64,000 nucleotides of DNA from Euglena gracilis. Taxonomy: Eukaryota. The notes under the pieces were generated by a model. That model was not told the DNA's origin. It saw only the letters and a list, made by a program, of their open reading frames with translations, and did not search any database. How positions within the stretch are numbered: the first letter of the stretch is position 1; every line of letters starts with the position of its first letter. Shown here in pieces: positions 52,201-64,000 of the stretch. The position numbers were made by a program, and so were the translations under genes. The stretch spans positions 7,451,425-7,515,424 of the forward strand of contig CP154954.1 in assembly GCA_039621445.1 (NCBI GenBank). Reading direction: 5' to 3'.

Positions 52201-52943
52201 TGCCTTTGGAAACAACCAACAACCAACGACCAATAATTTGGACCTCAATGTGAATCACCACTTCCTCAATTCATGACAACGTTTCAAGCTCCTCCGAGAA
52301 CTAGCTCCTAAATCACCACGGTGAAAAAGTTACAGGAATATCAAATTAAAAATACATAATGGGAAATATAAACAAATACATTATTGGCATAATTAAATAA
52401 TATACATGATTCAATTCGAAAAATTAATTTACCTGAATTTAAAAAAAGAATAAAACAAACAACATATGGCCTATGAAATATTGGCGTATGGATAAAACAA
52501 TAAGCCTTGCCGACAGCCACATGTCTTTCAGCGCCAGTGACAAAGACAGCCAAGGGCCGACGGCGGTGCCACCGTATCCCCCGCCCCGGCCGGCGTCGCC
52601 CTCGACCTTACCTCTCCCGGTGGCCCAGGCAGCTCATGGCCGTCCCTCAGGGCCACCACATGCACCGCAGCCCTGTTCTCCGGCAGACACACCGGCTGGG
52701 CCTCAGGCTCTGCGGGCGGCTGTACGATCTGGGGCCCTCTCAGACTGCTGCACGGGAGTTTGGTCAGCTGCCACACACGCGCGCATGCGCACATTCGGAA
52801 ATAAGGACATGCCCACAGACAGGGAAAAACAAACACCTGCACACGTACACACATGCACATGCACGGACAGTCACACGCACGCAGGCACTCACACTCACGA
52901 ACACACACGCATGCGCGTGCACACACAGACACTCACGCTCGCG

Positions 52944-52985
<42 letters not shown>

Positions 52986-55900
52986 TGCACACACACACAC
53001 ACACACCGCAGGTGCACACACTCCCTCTGCTTCTCTCAAAGACGCTCCTCATTCTCCCCCCACATTGCCCCACCTCTGTTCCCAGCAATGCACAGCAGCC
53101 TGTTCTCTGTGACGACATCGGCTTGGTTTAGTAGGTCCCCTGTGGGGACCACAGGGTGGTCGTTGGTGGATGGCTGCCATACTTGTTTGGAGACTTTGGC
53201 TAAAAGGGAGGACAAAGGTTCCAAGACGACCGATCGTAAAAGATGGAGGCAGGAGAGAGTTGTTCAGAGGGGTCAGGGTGAACGACAAATTAAAATCTGC
53301 ACAAACATTGCCTTTGTGCAGAAAAACAATAGACCAGAAAGACTCCCATCATAGCAGATGGGGGTGATCAGACTCTGAAAAGAAAGCTCTCCATCCATTC
53401 CTTGCCAAAAATACATCAGATCACATTTTCATTTAAGGCAAAGCATATATCTGGCACACACACACACACACACACATGAGTCAGTCCCGGGGGGGGGGGG
53501 GGCAAGCACAGCTCCCAGCGGGTGGCGCCTCGACCGTATCTGCCGGGTCCACAGACTGTACCGGTGGCGTGTACGACCACCGGGGAGGGCGGCAGCCCCA
53601 CACCATTGAGAAAGGGACCGTACGCCGTTTCCGCTGCTTACACTGATGGCCTCTCCACACCGCCAAATGGACGATGGACAGGCTTCAACAAAAAAAAAAC
53701 CACCTCCCCCTTCCCCGCAGGGGAAACCGTCTCTAGGCAACGGCAGTGAGAAATTAGGCCTCTGTGAAAACAAAGCAGCAAATAAGGGACCACACATCTT
53801 GGGGGTACAGATCAGAGAGGCCCAAATGCCATCCCCCCCCAGCCTGACGTGCGTTAGTGCGGGTCTGCAACGGCAGATGTGCACGAGAAAAACAGCTGGG
53901 CAAAATAAATCCACAATTTCCATTCCACCGGCTTCCATCATTGGCCAGCGGAGGGACCGTTTGGGGAAGGATGGTGCGGTGCTTTGCTGTGGGGTACTGA
54001 CCTCTCAGGCTGCTGGAAGGTGTCGAAGGATGAAGGGCTGACACAGAAACCTAAATGACACAAAAAAATAAAATAAAGTAAAGATTTTGAGTGCGCACAT
54101 TCGTGATAACAAGCCTAAAAACATGTTTTTCAACTCAATGTTTCATTTCAACGTTCTTAAAAAAAGTTCTCAAATAGTTTTCAACTTCATCAAATAATGT
54201 TAGGAAACAGGTCAGCAGACACAAAAATTCCCATGAGTGGGATGGTAGAGGACAGTTTCCAATGGCCGGGAAAGGTGTCAGGACACCCAGAAACCAGACG
54301 TTTTCCAAAAAAAACAAATTAGAAAAGCAAGAGCAAACTCGAGTAGGAGGGGTACAATCTCAAAAATGCATACTGCATTCCTGCGCTCTGTTTCAAAAAA
54401 GACCACTTCACTTGGGGAGAGGCTGGTAGCGACGTTTGAATTGCGGCATCTTTTCTCAGGGGCGAGGTGGGTGGGACCGCTGGGCGTTTCCTCGGCCCGA
54501 GTGTTTGCAGTACAAACATCCCACTCCTCCCCGATCGGATGCCAAGAGGAAGGATCGGGAATCCGATGAGCAGGTCAATACCAGTTAACAGATAGATAGA
54601 TAAAACCTTCAAAAGGGGAGGATTCTGGTGGAGGGGGAGCACAAATAGAGTGGAGGCAGGAGTTCTGGCCAAATAACCAATGACCTGAAGCTGTCCCCAA
54701 AAAAAAACACTCCCCCCCCCTTGCGGTGGGTGGTGAACCACCCACCCACCCACCCACCCAAAACCCAGTCAAAATTGGCCGAGAACACTGAAAAATATTT
54801 CTGGCCTGGCATTTGGTAAGGCCAAAATCTGACCCATATGGCACCTCCCACCCCCCGGGGGGCCCAGAGGCACACCCAGCCACTCTCGAAAACACACCCA
54901 CTCACTCACCCAACCCCTGGGGGTATGGGGTCAGATGCATATTAAATGAATACATTCGCTTTGGTAAATGTTTGGCAGTTCACCAACATTTTTTTTCCTG
55001 CTGTGATTTCTGTCCACCCTGTAAATGCCCCCAAATAAGACCCCCAAAATTGTCATCTTCTGCAAGCAAACCCAAAAGAAGACTTTTCATTTTGTTGCTT
55101 TGGGTGGGTCAGATAATATTTTGCCATAAATTTTGGGCTGTATTTATTTCCAACACCCTTTTATATGAAGCTTGGACCCAAAATGGTCAAAAACGGCTGG
55201 AAAACAGTTTAAAATGACTTAAAAATGGGGGGGGGACTGCATAAACGTTGGAGACATAATAATCTGAATTCGTTCAGTTTTCTCAATTAAAAGCAGGGGG
55301 GAAATAGCGTCCGTTGAATACCAAATTCTACCAAAAAATGATTAATGAAACTAAAGATAATTAATGAAACATTATTATTACTTTGATATTTTTATTATTT
55401 ACCTTTATTTGTCCACCCAGCTTGGGGCCATTTCCTCGGTCGGTCAGAAAAAATCAAACCGAAAAGATTTCCCGCTGGAGCAACAATTATTTTTTGGAAT
55501 TTTTGTTGGGAAATTGGGTATTCTTTTTTTTTTGGTGTGGGGGTCCTGTCTCTGATTTTTGGGAGTCTTCTTTTGGAAAATGCATTAAGCCGGCGCGGCA
55601 TACAACCGAAAACAAAACAACAGTTCAAGATTAATCACGGGGAGCTGGCAGGCAGGCCCAGCCTCGGGTGAGATCATCGCCTGGACGTTGGAAAGGGAAT
55701 GCAGCGGCTAGGGTCAGGGGTCACATAAGAACTCAAAACATTGTGCAAGTGTGGCGAGCTGGTGAGTTGATGAATTGGGTTGCACGCGTGCTTGGAAAAA
55801 AGGGCGTCCATTTCAAATTCCACTCCATTCAAGCAGAAATAAATGCCAAGGCACCATTTGTATGGCAAAACTACCCGTAAACCCCCCACCCTAATAGAAG

Positions 55901-56818
55901 CACGGGTGCGCTTATAGCGGACCGCCGCCTCCGGCGGCGGGAGGTGCGCTTCTATTTGGACCCTACCTGCGCGATTTTTGTTGATTTCCTTTAGAAATCC
56001 CATGAAAATGGGGGGTGTGCTTCTATTTGCACCCTGTGCGTGTAGAGGCCCTGTGCTTCTATTGGGGGGGGGTTGAGAAACTCCATTATGGGCTTTCTTG
56101 GCATTTCTGCCGTGAGTCAATTGCATAAATACGGTTTGATAAATTGGCTGGCATAGAGGGGAGGGACAATGTGGGGAGAGGGGACTACAGACATACACCT
56201 TGTAAATAGAAATAACACATAATAAATATTTTTTACAAATATTATATCTGCACATAAGAACACAAGACGCCGTATGGTCAAGGTTTTCTGAGGGTGGGGG
56301 TTCCCAAAAGGAACACCCAGTCCAGCATGGGACTCGGGGGGGGGCAGACCCTGGCCATCTGAAGGTGTCTCCAAAGTTGTTCTGGAACAGGCACGTTAGC
56401 GCAGACACATTTCTTCGGCATACATATTGTACCCCCTGTGTCCAACGTCCGGTAACCCTATCCTCCACGGGGGGGGGGGGGTGGCTGGACAGTGGGTTGT
56501 GACCAACAAAGGGTGTTCTCTGACGGGGCGGGGGTGGTCGTTAGACAACGGGTCTAAAAACGTCGGATGGCAACTGGGAACCTGCTGAAAATAAAAACGG
56601 TCAAATTTTGGGCAATTTTGGAAAATTTTCGCTCGAAAAATGCCAGGAATGGCATTTTGGCAGATTTTAGGAACAAAAAATTTCAGCCCGGCGGTGCTTG
56701 TCAGAATTTTGTTTCTACAAGGCCAGTTGGCATTATTGGTCATGTCGGAATGCTGTCTTCGGCTCGTGTCCGAAATCCGAAATTCTTTCAAAGGGATAAC
56801 TTGAGGGCATTGACACAC

Positions 56819-56890
<72 letters not shown>

Positions 56891-58383
56891 GAGCAAAAAT
56901 CCTCAATCAAGAAAAGCAATGACAACCCCACTCTCTGCCCCAACTGCTGGCGAACAAATGCGATGCGCAGGCCGTTCTCACGGAACCCTGTATGGAGGGG
57001 GCGGCGCAGTGCGTGGTCCGGTGGCGACGGCACTGACGGTGCTGCTGAGGCTGCGACGTAGGGGCTGACGCCGTTGCAGTGTGGCCGCCCCGCCAGGAGG
57101 GACCGGTAGCCGTTGGCGGCTGCGGGGACGGGATGCAGGGGGCGGCCGGGGAAGAGGTCCGGGCTGGGCAACGGCTCCTCAACCCAAACCATTCCGACTA
57201 TTTCTTCGACGCTGTATGGTGGCCATAAACCCGATACCGACATTCTTGACATCAAAAATCAGCAAAAAAAAAGTATTTGGCAATCTGGGCTTGGGGGATA
57301 GGGGCGGAAAAACAGGTGAAAGCAGTTGCGCGGTCAGGGCGGTCAGCCAGTTCACGGGTGGTGGCGAGGGCAAGGGTGAGAGCCAGGGCCAAGAGGGCTG
57401 CGAGGGAGAAATCGGCATTAAAACAAAGGGGAAGGAGCGTGGCAACCAGCACGGCACAGGCTTGACACCCTTGGCACTTACCCACACACACACTCGCGCA
57501 CACACATACACAGAAACACGCGCGCGCACACACTTTGTTTGAAAACAAAAAAATACTTGAAAAAATGAAAACAGAAAATAAAAAAGGTACTATTGAAAGA
57601 ACACACATCACAGCAAGAAAGTTTGCCAGGGCGAATAACTCCGGACTGCCACAATCGCCCATCCGGGGCCCGAGGGGCCGCGGCCCCTTGCGCCGGTGCC
57701 GCCGCAGGGCGACTTCCAGCTGGCCCCGCAGGTCCTCCGCCTCCATCTCCGCCGCCGCCAGCCGCGCACAGAGCGCCGGCAACTGCTTAAGACGCACTTC
57801 CGCCGTCCGCAGCAGCGCCGCCAGCCCCCGCAGCTGCTCCCCGAGGTCCGCCACGGGGGGCGGCGCGGGCCGACACTCCACACTCTTGGCCGTCATTCCT
57901 TGGGCGGGGGGGGGGGGGCATAATAGTACACATTTTGTGCCAAAAAATTCAAATTCCTTGAACGTTGAAGAGTGCCTTGGAGAGAATTCGGGGCATTTCT
58001 TTTTGCCAAGTATGAACATTATGCCCAAAGAAACCTTCCAGTCCTCAAAAAGCTGGCGCGGGGAACGCGGCAACTCCGCGGCGTTGACAGGTTGACGCCC
58101 CACCGTTTGCCTGGCACACCCTGTGGCTGGCGCCAACAGCACAACGTGCTCGGTGGGGTCCCGGGCAGGGACGGCTCCGGGGCGCCGGCCTCGCCGGCCG
58201 CGGTGCGGGCGAGGCAGCGGGCGAGCTGCGCGGTGAGGGCCGCGAGGCGGGCGCCGTGCAGCACCGCCTCGGCCCGCCGGGCGAGGGCCGGGCGGGGGTC
58301 CCCCTCGGAGGGGTCGGCCACAGGGCGCGGAGGACATCAGTGGACCCCGGACGATGGACCCCCCGCACCCCTCCCTGGCACAT
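49232..58383 (-). CDS. Multi-exon coiled-coil plus Pro/Ser-rich low-complexity coding region; either a separate gene or the N-terminal extension of the TRPV-like gene
   Basis: GC-rich open exons: ~58155-58315 ([35 protein letters not shown]), ~57665-57866 ([48 protein letters not shown]), ~56940-57185, ~54420-54545, ~53100-53200, ~52612-52748, ~50700-50780, 49979-~50200 and 49232-49298. Candidate ATG at 58383 follows acceptor cttcccaCAG (58399-58400). No family recognised. Confidence 0.55.
49563..49779. mobile_element. Dispersed ~200-235 bp MITE family (other copies at ~24183-24400, ~55879-56074, ~60852-61088)
   Basis: Ends AAC(n)TAATAGAAGC ... G(C/T)CTATT(A/G)G(n)TT. Shared core AAGGAAATCAACAAAAATCGCGCAGG. 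Copies occur in both orientations. Confidence 0.75.
56813..56888. repeat. (CA)n microsatellite; further CA/CG-rich tracts at ~52840-53005 and ~58500-58600
   Basis: Directly visible. Confidence 0.95.
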
Positions 58384-58755
58384 TGGCTCCCTATTGGGCT
58401 GTGGGAAGCACATTGCCTGCCAAATTGGACCACCCAGGCTGTTGGGGCGAAATTGTCGGCGAATGTCGGTGGAAATTGTGTTTTCCGGCACACAAGAAAA
58501 CACACTCAAGTATGCACACACACGCGTGCGCGCGCACACACACGCACACACACGCACACACAAACACACACACACACGCGCGCGCGCACACACACGCACG
58601 CTCGCGCGCAAGCAGACACGCCACATGAACACCAAGACAAGCAGGCGCGCAGGTAATACACCCCCACCCACCCACCCACCCACAAAACCTACATAACATG
58701 CCTCATATGGCCCAAAATAAGCAATTGTAGCCAAAATAACATACTAGGGGAGAGC

Positions 58756-59232
58756 AGGGGGGGATTGATATCGGAAGCCTTCGGAAAAATTGCGGAAAAA
58801 TTGCGGAAAAATTGCGGAAAAAATTGCGGAAAAAATTGCGGAAAATTGATATCGGGAATATATGCATTTCTGCTTGAGGGGACTTAGAAAATTTTCAATT
58901 GTGAGGTTCATAACACCGCAACACCCACGTCGATGCAGGCGAGCACAAATCAACACGCTTGATATTCTTTGCACAGGTAGGACGCACCCAATCCTGTGAA
59001 CAGTGGCAACTGGATTTGGGAACGTTTGTAGAAGTGTTCCTAGGTCAGCATGGCATTCACATGAAATGCAGGTGCCAGCGACACAATAGCGAGACGGTGA
59101 GCCGCACAAATTCAAAGAATGGTGTCATCGGAAAAACTGCAGAAATTGCGGGAAAATTGCGGAAAATTGCGGAAAATTGCGGAAACGGAAAATTGCGGAA
59201 AAATTGCGGAAAAATATCAACCCCCCACCCCT
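58756..59232. mobile_element. Non-autonomous TIR element with a 9-bp TSD (Mutator-like by TSD length)
   Basis: Perfect direct repeat GGGGAGAGC at 58747-58755 and 59233-59241. Imperfect TIR AGGGGGGGATTGATAT / ATATCAACCCCCCACCCCT. Subterminal AAAATTGCGG arrays. Confidence 0.75.
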
Positions 59233-60631
59233 GGGGAGAGCCAAACTTTGCCCTCTCTGACCTGGTTGGCCATGCAACAGACCCGCAAGGTGGCTGCACC
59301 GTGGAGGTCGGGGCTGCGCACCTGCAAAAGAAGGGATAATAAAGATGATATTTAAAACACACAATGTGTATTATGAAAAGGTAGAAAACATGCGCACCTA
59401 CCGACTCCGGAAACTGACGCCTGACAGGACCACCAGTGTTGGGCGTTTAGAAAAATAAATGCATTTTGGTGCTCACATTGGCCAGTACTGGGAATACTTC
59501 GGGACCCCGTGTGTGTTTCGCAGCGCGCGTGGCACTGCATGCACTGCGTGGTAGAGATTGGTGGTAACCTAAAGCATGTCGGAGTGGTCAGAAGAAGTAG
59601 CTACGCTGAGGCCAGCGGATATCTACACAGCTTTGGTGGAGGGCTATCAGGGACGCCCAAAGGGGAGCCGGTGGCGTGTCGGGGTGAGTGAGGTTGGACC
59701 CAGCCACTGTGCATCCGGGCAGTGCAGCAACGGTTGGTATCGGGGCTCAGAAGCCGAGTAAGGATAAGCGCTTGGATGGGGGGAGACAGGATGGACTTAC
59801 GGGCAGTGGCTCAGCACTTGGGCCGAGGGCGAGGCAAACTGAACCCAAATCTGCAGGGGTTTGCCATTCAGGATTTGATGTGAACAAACCAAGTCCAAGG
59901 GAGTGCCCAGGACAACACTTCCTTCGCGGCTCCTTCGTCCTCCTTCCGTTTGCTTTCCACACTGTTTTGGCACCTTGGTTGTGTTGCAGCTGTATTTTCA
60001 GGAAGTGGTGGTGGAACCCATTCTCCAAAAATCGTGGCAAAAATACGGCTGGTGTGGGAAACGAAAGAATGCCAATCCAGACTCCAGACAACTGTCAGAA
60101 ATCCGACTCTCCTGCCTGAGCTCACCCCCACACACACATATTTATGTAGATACCCTAGGTTCCGATGATGCAATGTACGTCCTGTGGGACATACCTGCCT
60201 GGGTATGGTAAAACTCGGCAACTGCAAAATTTTTTCAAAAACTGAAAATCATTCAGCTCACAACAAGTATTAATTTTTATCGAAAATCATATCGCTTATC
60301 AAAGGCAAACCTTAGAAAAACACTTCAGAAATACCACGCATTCAGCACCTCGCATCGCAAACATCCTGAAAATCTGAAGCTGAATTACCCGTCGAGCCAC
60401 ATTGCTTGTCGGATATGTCCTAAGAAGTGCCATGTGAACTGGTGGTCCAAGCTGCGGCGCTGCTGCATAAACCCGCAACGATTTCCTGCCTGCAGGTCTG
60501 GGTCAAAAAGCTGGCTGTAGAGAACCCCTTCGCCCCAACGCTCCCCCTGGGCTAAAGCTTTAAAGAGTCATTTCGGCAAACTCACTGCAGACACATTCAC
60601 TGTTGGGCATCGTCCACTGTTTGCTACCTAT

Positions 60632-63545
60632 TCAACAGCTGAAGCGGTCAGACGAGAACAAAGAGGGTCGCCGCGGTGTCTTCCATTCCTCGGAGCGCGG
60701 GGACAGGCCACCTCTCATCCCGGGGGCAGGCGACCCAAACCCCGTCGTCTCCTCTCATTGATCCCCCAGTGAACATGCAGGTGTTTGCCAGTGTTCGCAT
60801 TCGTCAACAAACCCATGGTCAGTAGTCATTCCGGGGCCCATTCTATCAAATAACCCCCCCCCCCTAATAGAAGCACGGGTGCGCTTATAGGGGACCGCCG
60901 CCTCCGGCGGCGGGGGGTGCGCTTCTATTTGGACCCTACCTGCGCGACTTTTGTTGATTTCCTTTAGAAATCCCATCAAAATGGGGGGTGCGCTTGTAGC
61001 GGACCGCCGCCTTCGGCGGCGGGGGGTGCGCTTTTATTTGGACCCTGCGCTTGTAGCGGCCCCGTGCTTCTATTGGGGGGGGGGGTTTAAAACATTTGTG
61101 TGCATTGCGTTCTGTTGTACGTGTCATGTCGTATACGTTTTTCCCGGAATGTGAGCAGGGTGGCTTTCTTTCCACTCACCGGAGGGGGGAAAAGCCACGG
61201 CCTGCGGCAGGGTGGTGGTCAGGCAGAACTCGGTGTCCGGCGTCACGGCGGCGTCGGGCTGGCCGAATGGCGTGGCGTACGCCTTCCGCAGCTCCTGCAT
61301 CGCCTCCACCGTGTGCTCCGCCTCGTACGCCGCCCGGGGCAGAGGACGGTTCCGCCCCAGGGCAACCAGTGAGGGGGGCAGCAGGATGTATGCATTCAGG
61401 TATCAGTTGCAAGTCTTTTTTTTTTGGAGTTTGTTACCATGGTTCATTGATTCTGCTTGTTTGTTTTTTTTTCCTTACGCAGGAATGCACTCATTCATAA
61501 ATATTTTTATTCAAAAATATTCCCATACCCAGAGAATTTCTGAGGTTATTAGAAGGAATAGGGTTAGGGTTAAGATTTCATCCCCAATGGTTGCAACCAT
61601 CCCGCTCATCGTTGCTATATTTCCCTCTACAGGGTACACAGCGAACCCAAAGAGTCGCCCAACCAGGGTTAAAAGCATGGGGGGACCCGAGCGAGGCGCC
61701 GAAGGCGCCGAACGAGGGTCCTCCCATGTGTATTAACCCTAGTTTGGCAACTCTTTGGGGCAGCTGGTACCCTGTAGGGGGGAATTTTTCCACGCGTTTT
61801 AAAAGAAACATATTTTTTCTTACGCAGGAATGCATTCATTCATAAATATCTTTATTCAAAAATATTCCCATACCCAGAGAATTTCTGAGGTTATTAGAAG
61901 GAATAGGGTTAGGGTTAAGATTTCATCCCCAATGGTTGCAACCATCCCGCTCATCGTTGCTATATTTCCCTCTACAGGGTACACAGTGAACCCAAAGAGT
62001 CGCCCAACTAGGGTTAAAGGGGGGGGTAACAGTAGGAGGAGGTTCGAGCTCGAACGGTCGAGTTCGAACCTCCTCGAACGTTTTTGACCCCCCCCATTCG
62101 AGGGGGGGCTTAAAATCCTCCTCGGACGACCTCGACCTTCGAGGAGGATCTCGAACCATCTCGAACGACATTCGAGGAGGATCGAAATCCTCCTACTACT
62201 GTCCATCCCACTACCGTAACCCTCCCGGGCCCGGGACCATATACATAGGAGGAGGATCGAGATGTCGTTCAAGGTAGTTCGAGGAGGATCGAGATCCTCC
62301 TCGAAGGTCGTTCGAGGACGATCAAAATCCTCCTCCAATGTCGTTCGAGGTCGTTTGAGGAGGATTTTTTAAGCCCCCCCCCCTCGAAGGGGGGGGCTCA
62401 AAAACGTTCGAGGAGGTTCGAGCTCGAACCTCCTGCTACGGTAACCCACCCCCGGACGCCCCTCCCTCTTGGGGGGGGGCAGGGCAGAACGGGAAGGCCT
62501 GGTGGGGGGGGGGTGGTCGACCCCCCCACCCGGCGGGTGGGGGGGGGTCGACCCCCCCCCACCCACCACAGCATTTTCACCAATTACGGCCAACGGGGAT
62601 GTTGGCCGGGGGAAATTTTAGAAACTTTTTTTGAAAACGAACCCAAATATACATGATTTTTTGATGGAAAACCACACTTTTTCACAAAAAAAATCTCAAG
62701 AATCTCAGGTTATAAGATGGTAGTTTTTAGGAGGGGGGTAAAAAAAAAATGAGGCTCAAAAAAAATGGACAAAATTTTGGCACAATCCATTTTTACTGAG
62801 ATTTTTTCTCTTGGAAATTTCTTTGATTTTCAATGGCTTTTTTTGCATCAAAAACCGCTCAAAATCAAAATTTCGAGAAAATGTTGATATTTTGGATGGT
62901 GTGAAAAAATGGGGTTTTGGGGGGGGTTTGGGGGGGGCCTTGTGTATGGGTCCCAAAATGGGTCAAAAAAAAAAAACACCCAGCGCCGAAGGCGCCGTGA
63001 AAAAAATTTTGGGTCCAAAAATCGGTGCCACCAGAACAACGGGAAGAGGTGGTGGGGGGGGGGTCGACCCCCCCCCCACCCACCATGCAGGGGGTGGGGG
63101 GGGTGGTCGACCCCCCCACCCACCACCCTGGCCGCGAGGCCGTTTCCCGTTCTGCCCTGGGGGGGGGGGGGGCACCGACCTTCCCGTCCCATAACTGCAT
63201 AAATGTACACCACAAGCCATCACCATGGCTTCCAGATTCCTGTTAAACCCTGTGCTCCAGCAGCACCCATTGGTCAACCTTGGGGAGAACAATTCACCTT
63301 CTTCTGGCAAACAAAAATATGAGTTTTATTGCACCCCCGCCTCAGATCTTAACACAGCATCCTTTTTCCACGGTTGTGTGTCCACGTGTGCGTGTATGAT
63401 TTGAGGCAGGAAAGGCCGCCTGGGCATGAGGTTGGCCCGCTCGAGGTACCACCGCTTCTCGGCCTGCTCTTGCACCGCAGCGTACGTGTTGCCCATCATG
63501 GCGATGAGCAGGTTGAGGAGCAGGATGACAACCAGAATAATGTAT
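60632..63545 (-). CDS. TRPV-like channel paralog 2, 3' exons only (gene continues beyond the window)
   Basis: Exons 63426-63545 (YIILVVILLLNLLIAMMGNTYAAVQEQAEKRWYLERANLM), 61209-61334 (AAYEAEHTVEAMQELRKAYATPFGQPDAAVTPDTEFCLTTTL) and 60632-60698 (RSEEWKTPRR...FSC*). Highly similar to the C-terminus of paralog 1. Confidence 0.85.
61475..62018. repeat. ~200-bp direct duplication around a hairpin cassette
   Basis: 61475-61673 is near-identical to 61820-62018. The segment ~61620-61785 forms an inverted repeat. Confidence 0.85.
62030..62441. mobile_element. Tourist/PIF-Harbinger-like MITE (412 bp)
   Basis: TAA on both sides (62027-62029 and 62442-62444). TIR CAGTAGGAGGAGGTTCGAGCTCGAAC / GTTCGAGCTCGAACCTCCTGCTACGG. 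Inverted similarity extends over 100 bp, with TCGA-rich subrepeats. Confidence 0.8.
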
Positions 63546-64000
63546 GGCAGCAGGCCCAAAGGGGGATGTGTACACATATACAGCAGCGCTGAGAAAAGTG
63601 ACCCCCTTTCCATGCCACTATACCCTCCCCTAAAAGAAGCCCAAATTTGCTGGAAACATCCAGGGGTCTAAGTTCGGCGGGTGTGATTTTGTGTTTGCAT
63701 GATTAACACTGACCTAAAAAATCATGATGCTTTTTTGGTTTCACAAGAGCAGTTAAAATCCTTTATTGCATCAAAGTGCAAATCGGTGTGAAGATTCATA
63801 AGTTTTTTGGTCTCAAAAATTCAAAATATCTCGATTTTATCAATATGTGCCTAAAATTTGGATACGAAATGAAACACCAGGAAAAATTTCCACCCAGTGC
63901 GCTTAGGGGGGTCTTAAATTCGGATGGTGGGTTACTCAGCTCTCTCAGTTCAAAAAGCATGCAAAGCATGACCCAAGCTGGTTGAAAAATTCATCACTAA

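Noticed and set aside
61559-61575. TTAGGG units as a telomere
   Set aside because: Only about two units, internal to an intronic repeat.
14-63545. Frameshifted pseudogenes, or a functional b561-TRPV operon
   Set aside because: Most frame breaks that could be traced are resolved by introns and key residues are intact. Adjacency on the same strand is not evidence of functional linkage in a eukaryote.
1-64000. Long ORFs in the supplied track (e.g. 3851-4669+, 50651-51493+, 52473-53354+, 57252-58505-) as single-exon genes
   Set aside because: They are antisense shadows of GC-rich exons or read-throughs of introns and microsatellites. Homology-like signal exists only in the short minus-strand exon segments.

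Overview
This is eukaryotic nuclear DNA, most likely from a euglenid (Euglena-like). That assignment is an inference from the dense non-GT-AG introns whose ends base-pair. The supplied ORF track is mostly noise: the real genes are all on the minus strand and split into small GC-rich exons. (1) 14-26808 holds three tandem copies of a 9-exon cytochrome b561 gene. All four heme-ligand His are present, and there is an unusual Met-rich loop between TM5 and TM6. (2) About 27.5-46.9 kb holds a TRPV-like ankyrin-repeat cation channel gene with more than 25 exons. It may be spliced to an upstream coiled-coil/low-complexity exon set at 49.2-58.4 kb. (3) 60632-63545 holds the 3' end of a second TRPV-like paralog that runs out of the window. 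About 25 introns could be placed by hand with one rule: intron nt +4..+6 pair with nt -6..-8 inside a longer terminal stem. Applying it restores the reading frame, including micro-exons of 16-31 nt. The paired triplet co-varies between introns, and the two TRPV paralogs differ reciprocally at four intron positions. Introns and intergenic DNA contain many non-autonomous TIR elements with TA, TAA, 8-bp or 9-bp target-site duplications, some nested. All gene models are manual reconstructions with no transcript or database support.
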